Shown in pieces: positions 24,070-36,222 of a stretch of DNA of 64,000 bases (the first letter of the stretch is position 1; each line of letters begins with the position of its first letter). The position numbers and the translations under genes are program-made. This DNA comes from Camelus dromedarius (lineage: Eukaryota), in the NCBI RefSeq assembly GCF_036321535.1, contig NC_087447.1, positions 45,880,001 to 45,944,000 of the forward strand, read 5' to 3'. The notes under the pieces were generated by a model, which saw nothing but the letters and a program-made list of their open reading frames with translations, did no database searches and was not told the DNA's origin.

Positions 24070-25011
24070 ATGACGCTGAGGTCCCTGGAGAACAGCAGCA
24101 GCACGTCCTCCACCTTCCTGCTGAGCGGCGTGCCTGGGCTGGAGCACGTGCACCTCTGGGTCTCCATCCCGCTGTGCTTCATATACCTCGTTTCCATCCT
24201 GGGCAACTGCACCATTCTGTGTATCATTAAAACAGAGCCCTTGCTCCATGAGCCTATGTACCTCTTCCTGTCCATACTGGCTCTGACCGACCTGGGTCTG
24301 TCCCTTTGCACCCTCCCTACAGTGCTAGGCATCTTTTGGGTTGGGGCGCGTAATATTGGTCATGATGCCTGTTTTGCCCAGCTCCTTTTCATTCATTGCT
24401 TATCCTTCCTGGAGTCCTCCGTGCTACTGTCCATGGCCTTCGACCGCTTTGTGGCCATTTGTCGCCCCTTGCACTATGCGTCCATTCTCACCAACACCGT
24501 CATTGGCAGGATGGGCCTGGCCTCCCTGGGCCGCAGTGTAGTGTTCATTTTCCCATTACCTTTTATGCTCAAAAGATTCCCGTATTGTGGCTCCCCAGTC
24601 CTCTCACATCCTTATTGTCTCCACCAGGAAGTGATGAAGTTGGCCTGTGCAGACATCAGAGCCAACAGCGTCTATGGCTTGTTTGTCATTGTTTCCACAG
24701 TGGGTGTAGACTCACTCCTCATTCTCCTCTCCTATGCCCTGGTCCTGCACACCGTGCTGTCCATCGCATCCAGGGCCGAGAGACTCAAGGCTTGTAACAC
24801 CTGTGTCTCCCACATCTGCGCTGTGCTGCTCTTCTACACTCCCATGATTGGCCTGTCTGTCATCCACCGCTTTGGGAAGCAGGCGCCTCATCTGGTCCAG
24901 GTGATCATGGGCTTTGTGTACCTTCTCTTCCCTCCACTGATGAACCCCATCGTCTACAGTGTGAAGACCAAACAGATCCGAGATCATGTGACCCAAGCCT
25001 TTTGTTACTAG
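24070..25011 (+). CDS. OR51G2: Olfactory receptor 51G2 (313 aa, intact)
   Basis: MTLRSLENSSS...MAFDRFVAIC...FPYCGSPVLSH...HRFGKQAPHLVQV...AFCY matches my recollection of human OR51G2. Confidence 0.92.
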   Translation: MTLRSLENSSSTSSTFLLSGVPGLEHVHLWVSIPLCFIYLVSILGNCTILCIIKTEPLLHEPMYLFLSILALTDLGLSLCTLPTVLGIFWVGARNIGHDACFAQLLFIHCLSFLESSVLLSMAFDRFVAICRPLHYASILTNTVIGRMGLASLGRSVVFIFPLPFMLKRFPYCGSPVLSHPYCLHQEVMKLACADIRANSVYGLFVIVSTVGVDSLLILLSYALVLHTVLSIASRAERLKACNTCVSHICAVLLFYTPMIGLSVIHRFGKQAPHLVQVIMGFVYLLFPPLMNPIVYSVKTKQIRDHVTQAFCY

Positions 25012-25139
25012 CTAGTATTGGAGGCACTATTTCCTTAAATATGCCCTTATTTACTTACTCAACAAACAAGAAATCACAACTGTTACACAACTCTCCCTCT
25101 GGGGCAGGGTTGGGGGGTAGGAAATTCACTGCAGTATGG

Positions 25140-25720
25140 TGTGGTAGATTCTGTTTTCCCAAAATGGCCAGAAATGTTTCCAATCCCACATTCTCTTCTA
25201 GAAACTTGTCATTCTTCCATCACTTCTCCCTTTGTAACTGGTTCTGACTTTGTAACAATTGAATGTTGTGGTAGTGACCCCATAAGACTTCAAGGCTAGG
25301 TCATAAAAGGCAATATGGTACCCGTTCTCTCTTTCTTTCTCTATCCCCTTTCCATCTCTATGTCTATAGGCATCTGTTCCTCTATCTATCTCACTCAATG
25401 CTTGCTTGCTTTTCAAAGCCAGTCACCAGACTGAGCAGAAGCCCAGACCACATAGACAGCCCACATGTAGGGGTTTTAACCAGTAGACCCAGCTGAGGTC
25501 TCAGCCTTAGCTGGGTCATTATCAACTACTAGTGAGTCAACAAATCTTTGAACTGTTCCATCTCCCAACCTTCCTGCCTCTCCAGCTGCCACCCAGTGAA
25601 ACAGACAATTAATCCTACTCTGAACCCAGTCCAGATCACAGATTTCTAAGCTAGATAGATGTTTGTTTTTCAGAGACACTGCATTTTGGGGTGGTTTGCT
25701 ATACAACCAAATGTTACTTG
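25140..25720 (+). mobile_element. MLT1G/H (MaLR) LTR
   Basis: tgtggtagattctgttttcccaaaatggcc...cccacattctctt...cccagctgagg...ttggggtggtttgctatac. Confidence 0.7.
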
Positions 25721-28694
25721 TGTTAAGCAAAGAAATAAATTGATTAATTAAAAAGAAACTGATAGAGGAGCTAGAAGAAAGATATCTTCCTTGAGCTGGG
25801 GAAAGAGAGTGGCATGAAGGGGTTCCACGACTTGGCCTAGCAGCCAGCCGTAAGGGACACCTAGCAGTTGGGCAGCCAAATCGGAAAATTACAGTCTATA
25901 AGAACAGTGTGTGCAAAACTGAGAAAGAGGTGTGAGAGAGAGGACACTGTAATCAGGGGAATATCTGAAACTGTCTTTGCTGTCACAGTTGTTCCCTGCA
26001 AGTCAAGGAAGGGTAGAGAATTACAGGGGTGGATGGCAGTGAGTGGTAAGAGGTTGAGGCACCAACCACATCAGAACAGTCATGAGCCAATGGACTAAAG
26101 AGAGAGAAACCCTTATAACTGACTATCTGTGTTTTACAATTGTACCTCCACATTGCTCCAGATGAAAAATTATCTTTTGAGTAATATTTGTCAGTATAGA
26201 GTCTGTAACTTTGGCTTGGAGGTATCTGTGAGGAAAGCAGGTCTAGATAAGATGCTGCCAAGGAGAACTTTGAACATCTAGAGGGAAGCACGTTCCTGCC
26301 TGAGTTTAGTGCAGGGTCAAGAAAGGGAGTGGCAGAGGGAAGAAGACAAAATTCTCCATTACGACCTTTATGTGAAGCCAGTTCTCATTTGAGGTTAGTC
26401 TCATTTAAGGCTATCTAGCACCCTTGACGTTGAACTCTTGGTGGGTCGTGCGCCAACCCCCCCACCAGTGCCTCATCCTGTCAGGCATGAGAAAGAGAGT
26501 GATTCTGAAATGGTGGTTTATGGCGACCTTGGCTGTCACTCTGTGGAAGATCCAAGATCAATTACACAGCAAATAGAATAAAAGAGAATATGTGTTTGAG
26601 TGTCATGGGTGGTTTACATCACGAGATGTAATCGTGTGTCTGTGCATGCACAAAACTTCAGAAAAATCATAAAGCCCAGGCAAATTCTGAAGCATGCATA
26701 CAGCTCCCAGCTGGAATCTATATCCACGCTATCTATGTACCTGACATTTTAGTCCTCCTATGGGAGTCATGTTCTCTTATATCTTACAATGAATTAAAGA
26801 GTTATCATGATACACTGGTCAATATACAACACTTGGAGTCAGGTTTGGAAGGTTCTATTTTCTATGTGACTTAGCAAAATTATTTTATTGTTATAAGCTC
26901 AGTTTTCTCTATCAATGTCATTCCCACAAGACTCTCTACACATTTTAAATATATAATATAGATGAAAGTTTCAAAAAAAAATCTTAGCCTGTTTTTCAGC
27001 TCTAAATAAATTGTACTTACTTTCATGCCTAAAATAAAACCAATAACACAGAGTAAAATCCATCAATCATGGAGAATGTATAATAAGTCAAAGAGAGAGC
27101 CCTCCAACAGCCTGAGGGGGAGGAGAATCATGGGTCATTTTCCAGAGGGGCTGCCTTAGCTGAGTCTTAAAGAATAAGCGGAAGTTAGATGAACAAAACT
27201 GTGTGGCTGGAAGAACATTCCTTTGTTCCACAAAGGGCGGTTGAGTGGGCTCTTTTCTAGGCAGAGTCTGCATTCTAGGAATACAGAGGGCAAAAGAATG
27301 ATGGATTGTGTTTTTGGCTTACATTTTGGTGAGAGAGACAGATAGTAGCAAAGTGAATGGTTAACCATTTTAGTCAGTGCTAAGTGCTTTGAAGGAAGCA
27401 AAGTAGGGTAACAGGTGGAACGTGATGGAGGAATCTGTGAGCTGGGGAGGTCTCCATAGAGGGGATTTTCAAGCAAAATTCTAAATTATGCAACGGAGTG
27501 AGACATGAAAAGATTTAAAGGAAGAGCATTCCAAACAGGCAGAACAAGTGTCAAGGGCCTGAAATGGAAAAAAAGTGGAATGTTGTAGGAAAAGCACAAG
27601 GACCAGTGTGGCTAGAGCTAAGTTAGCAAGAAGCTACATTAACTGGTAGAAAATTATCAAGTAATTATTTGATATTAAAGACAGGAGAGAAGCGTGCTAG
27701 GCAAAGATGATATTTCAAGGTCACTGTCAGAAAAGATGCTTCATGTAGGAAGTTAAAACGTGGCCATGAGAGGTAGTTTAACATGGTCTGAGGGACCCAG
27801 GATCAAGCGCTCATATCTAAGATCATAATTGTTAAACTTTGCAGCATAACTAACCCAGAACAGATGGGAACAGGGAGGGGATGAATTGTACCTTTCTATA
27901 AGAAAACTAAGGCCCAGACTCCTCTGATAAAGTTGTTAAAAAGAAAGGCAGTTGTTGTAAAAGGCCATGACATTGCAGCCAAGCCTGGATAACAGCCTTT
28001 ATGCATGGAATGTGGAACCAACCTCATTCATTCATTTATTCATTCAACACTGAATGATTGACTTTCGTAAAGGTTACTTGTGATAAATTGGTAAACAAGA
28101 CACATTTGTTACCCTCAAAGAATTTATAGTCTAGTAGGGGTATCTAGAGTAGTTTAGTGTTTAGAATGCTCTACAGATTGAGTCCTAAAGGTCAGGTTAG
28201 AATTATCCATGTGAAAATGAGAAAAAATATAGTTCTCTACATAAAGCAAGTATTTTGGGAAAGAATCAAGACATGACAAAGAGCACTACTTGTTTAGAAA
28301 CTATAAATAATTCTTGTTGAGAACCACCCAAGTGGTAGATTGAGAGAAGGGTATCCTGAGATGCAGCCAGGCACACACAGGGATCAGAACTTGCAGTGAC
28401 TGTAGACTGTAGACTGAATTCTTTCCACCAATTACTATTGAGTACCTGCTTAATACCAGTCAATGTTCTTGGTTTCAGGAATAGAGCAGTAAACACAACA
28501 GAAAAAAAAACGCTGTCCTCAGGAGCCTCAGATTCTGTTGATAAGCTTAGATATAGGCAAGTTATAAACCTGAAAAATAAAGAAGATAGAATGTTGAATG
28601 ATGAAAAGTGCAGTGAAGAAAAATTAATGTAGGAAAGTGGTATTAGCTGTACTCAGCAAACCTGTATTTTTTTTCATTGAATAATATTTTATTT

Positions 28695-28845
28695 AAAAAA
28701 TTTTTTTAATTGAAGTATAGTTGATATACAATCTTGCTTTAGTTTCTGGTGTACAGCATAGTGATTCAGGCATACATATATATATTATTTTTCATATTCT
28801 TTTTCATTATAGGTTATTACAAGATATTAAATATAGTTCCATGTG
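28695..28845 (-). mobile_element. Young L1 3' end, short
   Basis: ttttaattgaagtatagttgat...ggtgtacagcatagtgattcag...ggttattacaagatatt. Confidence 0.85.
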
Positions 28846-29265
28846 CTAATTTTTAGATGGTCAAGAAAATCTTCTTTGAGGTGTTATTTCAAGGAAATGA
28901 AGAAGCGACACAAGGATATCTTGGGGAAAGGATTCCATATGAAGAGAAGAGCATGTGCAAAACTTCAAAACAGGAACGTGTCTTGTATGTTGAAGGTAGG
29001 TTAAGACTCACAGTCTGGCACAGTGAAAAAGAGAACACAGCAAGAAAAGGAGAAAGGGAGATGGTGGTGATGATATTACTTAAGCCACTAATAGAGATTT
29101 GGAATTTCAATTCAGAATGTGATGGAAAGTCATTGGAGAAGAGTGAGCAGGAATATAACATGGTACCCTTTTTTTCCAGCTTTATGGAGGTATACTTGAC
29201 AAATAAAATTTGTGTATATTTAAGGTGTACAATGTAATGTTTTGATATATGTATGAATTGTGAGA

Positions 29266-29401
29266 GGGGGGAGGATATAGCTCAAGTGGTAGAGTGCACG
29301 CTTAGCATACACAGGGTCCTGGGTTCAATCCCCAGTACCTCCTCCAGAAATAAATAAATAAGTAAACCTAATTACCTCCCCTCCAAAAACAAACAGAAAA
29401 A
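29266..29401 (+). mobile_element. Vic-1-like tRNA-derived camelid SINE inserted into an L1MA 3' end
   Basis: GGGGGGAGGATATAGCTCAAGTGGTAGAG (A box), GGTTCAATCCCC (B box), (TAAA)n then AATTACCTCCCC and A-rich tail. Confidence 0.85.
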
Positions 29402-30430
29402 GGTGAAATGATTATACAATCAAGCTAACTAACATATCCATCACTTTACATAGTTACTTTTTTGTGATGAGAATACTTAAAATCAACTCTCTGAGCAAAT
29501 TTTCAGTGCACAATTCAGTTATGATTCACTTTAGACACCATACTGTATATTATTAATCTCTGAAGAGTACAAAGTTTCAGTTATGTTGGATGATTAAGTC
29601 CTGAAATTCTAATGCTACTCTTCTCACTAAATTATTTTAGTTGTGTTTCATTCTGCTATTTTTCAAAAATATGTCATTTATGTTAATACATAATGAGCTT
29701 ATTATAGGCATTTTAATAAATTAATAAGAATTTAATGTTATCAATTTCCTCCCTCTCTACTCCACTGAACAAATGGATGAATAGATGAAGAGTATAGCAA
29801 ATTTATAGATTAAGATATGTCTCAGAAAGCAGTAGGGCAAAGAATAAAAAAGTTGATAGGAGACTTAACTGTGAGGTATGCATAAAGCTAACTGCATGTA
29901 TAGACCAAACCAAAGAATAGAAACAGCCCCTTTAATGAGAAGCCGATGAATTATTTACCTAGGGAAGTACTATAGTCACATTTGCACTTGAAGATGTTCG
30001 GTCGGCCTATGACATAGAGAGAATGGATTAGGAAAGGGGGTGGGAAGAGTTGATAAAGGAAGAACACGTAGGAAGCTGTTACAGCAATCCAGATAAGAAC
30101 TCATCATGCCAAGTACCATGGTAGAATCGTCAAGAAAAGTGAACAGTATCAGGAGATATTTAGAAGAAAGAAATTTCATGACTTAAAATTTTCATGACTT
30201 TTTTCATACCTTGGCTGTATATTCATTGGACTAAACAACAGGAAGAAACAGATGAAGTTTTCTCCCAGGTTTAAGCTTTGAAGAATTAAGTGTATAAGAG
30301 TTCTACTTAAGGAAATAAAGAATACTTTATAAGGAACAGGCTTCAAGGGAGGAGTTAATTAATTGCATTTTGAAGATACTGATCTCCAGATGCCTGAGCT
30401 AACACAGAAAGTATGCAGTGGTTAAGAATT

Positions 30431-30702
30431 CAGTTATAAGATGAATGAGTTCTGGGGGTGTAATGGACTGCATAGTGACTAGAGTTAACTATGCTGCATT
30501 GCATATTGAAATATTGTTAAGAGAGTAGATTTAAAAATTTCTCAAACACACATAAAATAAATGTACCTCTCAGGTGATGGATAAGTGAACTAACGTTTTT
30601 CGGTAATCACTTTGAAATATATACATATATAAAATCACTGCATTGTACTCCTTAAGCTGCACAATGTCATATGTCATATCTCTCTAGAGCTAAAAAGAAA
30701 AA
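30431..30702 (+). mobile_element. L1MA 3' end inserted in a MIR
   Basis: cagttataagatgaatgagttctgg...gagagtagattt...ggtaatcacttt...cacaatgtcatatgtc; MIR resumes at ~30770-31020. Confidence 0.7.
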
Positions 30703-33397
30703 ATTTATAGAATAAATGGAATAAAAGTACTCTTTCGACATATGCATACACACACACACAAACACACGAACTCAGGTTCAGGAATAGACTAACATGAGTT
30801 GAATCCAGATCACATCACTTACTAGCTGTGTGTCCCAGGAAAGTTTTTGAGCCCTGGAAGCTCCTGCCTTCTTATCTGTCAAGTGGGGAGAAGTAATAGT
30901 GCCTCCTAATAGGTTAAAATAAGGAATAAGTCTGATAAGGTACTGGATATTGTGTAAAGCACTTGGTATAATATATGGTTCTTAATAAATAATCAATAAT
31001 TGTGAGATATTATTATTATTACTATTATTCTCATTACAAAGCAGTGTCAAAAGGTATTTGGAGCTAATGGGTCTAGAGCTTGGAAGAGAATTCCATGGTA
31101 CAGAAATGAACTTGTGACCTGAGATCCTATATCAAACCTATTGTAAGGCAAGGCTACCCAGTCACTTTACCTCTCCCAGAGACAGCCGAGAACTGGAGTG
31201 ACACACTCAAATCCCTGCAGAGGGTGTGCGGTAGGGTAAAGGCATGAAGTAAAACTGTGGAAGACAAATAGCGAGTGGTGAGGTGTGACTCGTGGAAAAC
31301 TCTATCTTAGGGGACATGACCACTCACCTCCAGAATCTGGGCTGATGTTACTAAATATGCTAATTCATAAGAAGAAAATACAAATCCAGATTCTTAGGTA
31401 AAATGTCATTTTTTTCCAAAAGGTTGGGAACTAATTCAATTTTAACAGTCCCACAGTTATATGCATTAAATAAGGCATCCTCTAGCAAGCTTTGTCCTGT
31501 GAACCACCAGTTTGCACTTCTGGCCTGTCAATGTCTCCCAAAGAGCCATTTTTTTTTTCATTTGTTCTTTTTCCTTTATATTCTGAAAGACAATGGAGCA
31601 CAAGGCTTAACACAAAGGCAGTGGCCCCCAAAAGGCCTGAGCCCAGCCCTCAGGTCTGCAATTTTAGCAATTACTCAATTTCTCTAAACTGTAAGTTTTG
31701 GATGAAAGTAATATCTACTTTGGATAATCATTATAAGAACTAAATGAGATACTGTATGTCATGTATCTGGTAAAGTGTAGAACAAATCATATATTATCAA
31801 TTAAGTCTGGGCAATACATTTGCCCCTCAGATATATAACCTTATTTCTCCAGAGTACTGAGTTTATCCAGCCAAGATTTTACTACCTCCTACCAATCTTA
31901 CCCCAAATGAAAAGGAGGGTGACATCCCAACACGTCCCTTACCTCTTTGTTCATGGCTTCAGTCATCCCAGCTACCACAGCCAGGACCAACTCTTCAAGG
32001 CCCTCACCTGGAAAGGCTAGAAAAGAGATTTAGGTCTGATACTTTCTTGGACTTTCCTCAGGGGACGTTCTCCTTTCTTCCAATTTTTTTCTTTCTTTTA
32101 TCCACTGGATTTTTGTTTCAGGTTTTGAGGAGCTTATAATAATATCTACTTAGTAAGTTAAGAGTCAAAACATGAATGTGTAGAAATTTTGAGAGCTCCA
32201 TTTTTTAACCATTTATCATTTATTGTACAGCCTTGAGGAAGCTGCTGCATCTGTCTGGGCTCTGGTTCCTTTATCTGCAAATAAGGGACTTGGCATCAGT
32301 GAGTTCTAGGGCTCCTTCCCTCTTGTAAGAGTCTTTGCTTTCTGGCTATGTCTGTTTGTTCTGGCCCGAGCTTTCATCATGCCTCCAGTGAGAGTGGGCC
32401 AGCTGTTTTCTAGGTGCTTGGCCTGAGAGGAAGCAGAGAAAGATGCAGCAGCGAGATCGTAAGATTCCTTCAGGTACATGGACTTCACACTTTACCCCAA
32501 TCATAGTACCCGAGAATGGGTAGAATGAGTGTTTTAAGTGAGTGGATAATATCATCGGTGTTACTTTTACTAAAGATCACTCTGGCTGCAAAATGGAAAG
32601 CAAATTGGAGGGTATTATGGAAACAAGGGGCCAAATTAGAAGGCTGTAAAAATTTCTCACAGGATAGGATGGTGATTTGGACAAGGATAATGGCAGAAGA
32701 GATAAAGAGAACAGGGAAAACTGACAGATGGTTGAGAGAAAACTTGTATAGGACTTTGTGTTGTTTGGATGTTGGAAACAGAGTGAAATAGTGCCCATGG
32801 GTGTAAGAACAGGTATGAGTAGGGAGAAGTAATAAGTTCTCTGGCCCTTAGGAAAGCAGACAGCAGTGTTCTGGCAGACTCTACAGCCTTTACTTCCAGC
32901 TTGGCATCATTGTAGCAATGGGAAGGGAGATGCCTGAGGGAGCGATCCTGTGCTGTTATCTGAGGTGATTCACATAATATAATTTCAGGTCTCTGTCGAC
33001 AGAGATGCTGGAGACTTTAAGCTTAAGAAATAAACAATGCTTTTATTCAATGGTGGTCACTCATGAACTCACAAACTGATCAACGTATACTGAGCCCTTT
33101 TTCATCCAAGTATGTGTTAAACCAATAGGGATGCAAAAATAAGTAAGACATACAGACATACATAGATCATAGAATTTATAATTGGACCAAAGCAACCTAT
33201 CTTTAAATAATTAATGGCTAATAATTGTCAAAATTTTGTTGTAGAAATCAGTACAGTGTGAAAGGAAATACAATTCAGATCTGTAGTACTATACTTGGAG
33301 CAGGAGGGGGTCAGGAATGTATTCATAGAGGAAGTGTACTTAAGCTGGACTCGGTTAAAGAGCTAAATGAAAGAAAGAGGCATTGAAGAAATTTATC

Positions 33398-33885
33398 TGT
33401 CCTCAGCAGAATAATGCCCCCCACAAGGATTCCAATGTCCCAACCCCCAAAACTTGTGAATATGCTACTTTATAAGGCAAAAGATACTTTGCAGTTGTAA
33501 TTAAGGTCAGAGACCTTGAACTAGGGAGATTATCTTGGATTATCCAGGTAAAAGCAGAGAACCTTTCCTGGCTGTGGTCAGAGGGAGGTGTGACTATAGA
33601 GGAAGGCACAGGGAGATGTAACATTGCTGGCTTTGAATACGGAGGGAGGGAGCCATGAGTCAAGAAATCTGAGTAGCCTCAGAGGCTAGAAAAGGCAAGG
33701 AATCAGATTCTACCCTAGTGTCTCCTGAAAAGAATGCAGGCATGCCAACACCTTGATTTTAGCCCAGTGAGATAGTAGGATTCGTGTCAGACTTCTAATG
33801 CATAGAATTGTCAGATAACGCTTTTGTGTTGTTTTAAGCCATTAAGTTGATGATGATTTGTTATGCAACAGTAGAAAATTAATAT
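33398..33885 (+). mobile_element. MLT1D (MaLR) solo LTR
   Basis: gcagaataatgcccccc...gggagattatcttggattatcc...gctagaaaaggcaaggaa...ccttgattttagcccagtgaga...gttttaagcca... Confidence 0.85.
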
Positions 33886-35224
33886 GGCATTCCTGACATA
33901 AAACACACCAGAAGCAAAGGTTTAGGTGTAAGTGACAGTGTGATGCATTTCTGTTGTACCAATGAAGTGCTGCACTTCATCAGACACATTAACAGGTATA
34001 GTAGAGAAAAGCAGGTACTGAATGATGGAAAGCCTTTGTGCATATATAGAGCCTTGCTACTGTCTTCTACTTATCAGACACCTATTGAAAGTTTTCAGAT
34101 GTGGTTACAGTTATATTTTAAAAAGATCTTTCAAGCAGCTAATCTCAATGCACAGGATGATAAGATAATCCAGGGAAAGTTTTAAATATGAGCTAAAACA
34201 ACAGCAGTAGGAATTGATGGGCAGAAAAGCGATATTTTATTAAGGGAGGATAGTCATAGTTTGCTGATCCAACCTGGTTTAAAACACGTATTTGCTTCCA
34301 TGTCTACACCTAAGTGTGACTGTCTTGCAAGTGAGGACAGCGCTACTTTTCATGACAGTTAAGCAGCATGCTAGCCTCCTTTTTCAAACTGTCTTCAGGA
34401 TGTCTTTGAATATTGTTGCATACGTCTGTAGATGAGTTGCTTTGTGGACTTTGTGAATTTCCTGTAAATTATGTTTGTTTTTATAACAACAGAAACAACA
34501 ACAAAAAAAACCTTAGTGATTTTGTTCTCTCCCTGCCTGTTCCCAGAACCCTCACTTCATAGTGGAATTATTGTAGCAACTCCCATTGACCTCACTTCTT
34601 CATTTTTCTCCAATTCAACCCATCCTGCTCAGGCTTTCAGACATGTCTTTCTTAAAATTTGATTTATCATATTAGGTGTTTATGGTACAGATTAAGTTGG
34701 TTAGAGTTTCCAAGATTTTTCTACGTCCTCCAAAATCTGGTTCACTCACACCATTGAAAATTGTCCCTTAGTATTTGCCAAATTAAATGCTCTTTTCCAG
34801 CCAGACTAACATCCTTCATCACTGCTATGTGCCCTGTTGGTTTACTTCTCCTTGACCACAGAGTGAATCTACATTGCATATATATATAGGTTTAATAAAT
34901 GCTACTTGAATAATAATCTCAATCTGTCCAAATTTTATCATTTTTTAAGGATTGACTCAAACCCATTACATAGCGTTTTGTTGCAACTACTCTTAAAATG
35001 TGAATTAAACTTCTGGAGTCATATCACACATCACCTGTTTATTTAATCTTTTTTAAAATTTTCTATTATATGCCTGACTTTATGATAATTACTGTACTGC
35101 ACATTTTCTCACTCTCCCCCAACCCCAGGCCTCCACTAGATAGTGACTGCTGTGGAACTGAACATACAGTAGGTGCCAATAAATACTTACTGGTCGATCA
35201 TTTATTACCTCCATATTTCCCTTC

Positions 35225-36160
35225 TTATGTCCTATATATGTTAGACAACTTCCCCAAAACCTTCTCCCTGATTTGTCGAGTCTTTACACAGTACACAATG
35301 GGGTTCATTAGGGGCTGCAACAACAAGAATATATCTGCAATAAGGATTACAATAAGGGGGCTTTTGTGCTTGGCAAAGCGGTGTATGGCTGCCAGGGTGA
35401 TGATGGGTATGTAGAAAATGAGCACAGCACAGATGTGGGAGACGCAGGTGTTAAGGGCCTTGAGTCTCTCTGCCAGAGATGCGATGCTGAGTACAGTCTT
35501 CAGGATAAATGTATAAGACAGAACAATTAAAGCCAAGTCCAGCATAGTGCAGAGAGCAACAAAGAAGCCATAGATAACATTGATCTTGTTGTCAGAGCAG
35601 GCCAGCTTCATGGTATCCTGATGAAGACAGTATGAGTGAGAGAGGACATTCTTCTGACAATATTTCAGTCTCCTTAGAGTGAAGGGAAATGGAAGCACTA
35701 AGAGAATGCTTCTGGTGGCTAAGATCAGTCCTGTTTTAGCAACTTTGTTGCTAGTGAGGAGAGAATTATATCTCAGGGGGTTGTGAATGGCAAGAAAACA
35801 ATCCAAAGACATTACTAGAAGCACTGAAGATTCCATGACCGTGAATCCATGGATGAAGAATTCTTGAGCAAAACAGGCATTGGGTGAAATTCCCATGGCA
35901 TTGAATAAGATTCTCATCATGGTAGGAAGAGAGGAGAAAGACAGGCCCAGATCACAGATTGCCAACATGGCAAGGAAATAATACATGGGCTCATGAAGTG
36001 AGGGCTCTGTCTTTATGAAAAAGAGGATGGTACTGTTGCCTAAGATGGCAACCAGATACATGAGACAAATGGGAATGGAGATCCATAGGTGAGCATGTTC
36101 CAGTCCTGGAATTCCAATCAGAAGGAAAAGTTGAACCTCAGAGTTGTTGAGAACAGACAT
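35225..36160 (-). CDS. OR51A7: Olfactory receptor 51A7 (311 aa from MSVLNNSEV; open ORF with several motif lesions)
   Basis: MSVLNNSEV, NAMGISPNACFAQEFFIHGFTVMESS and LKYCQKN..SHSYCLHQDTMKLACSDNK match recalled human OR51A7. Start set at 36160 because the track start (36226) lies beyond a splice acceptor at 36198-36200. Confidence 0.87.
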   Translation of the reverse strand: MSVLNNSEVQLFLLIGIPGLEHAHLWISIPICLMYLVAILGNSTILFFIKTEPSLHEPMYYFLAMLAICDLGLSFSSLPTMMRILFNAMGISPNACFAQEFFIHGFTVMESSVLLVMSLDCFLAIHNPLRYNSLLTSNKVAKTGLILATRSILLVLPFPFTLRRLKYCQKNVLSHSYCLHQDTMKLACSDNKINVIYGFFVALCTMLDLALIVLSYTFILKTVLSIASLAERLKALNTCVSHICAVLIFYIPIITLAAIHRFAKHKSPLIVILIADIFLLLQPLMNPIVYCVKTRQIREKVLGKLSNIYRT

Positions 36161-36197
36161 AATCAGTGGGAATATGAACTCAGCTCGCTGGCCACAT

Positions 36198-36222
36198 CTG
36201 AAATCACATAAACAGAAAGCAG
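36198..36222 (-). promoter_or_regulatory. Candidate splice acceptor of the OR51A7 coding exon
   Basis: ctttctgtttatgtgatttcag|atg on the minus strand. Confidence 0.6.

Noticed and set aside
29266-29345. tRNA gene
   Set aside because: A and B boxes are present, but it continues into a SINE tail and has a diverged second copy; it is a tRNA-derived SINE
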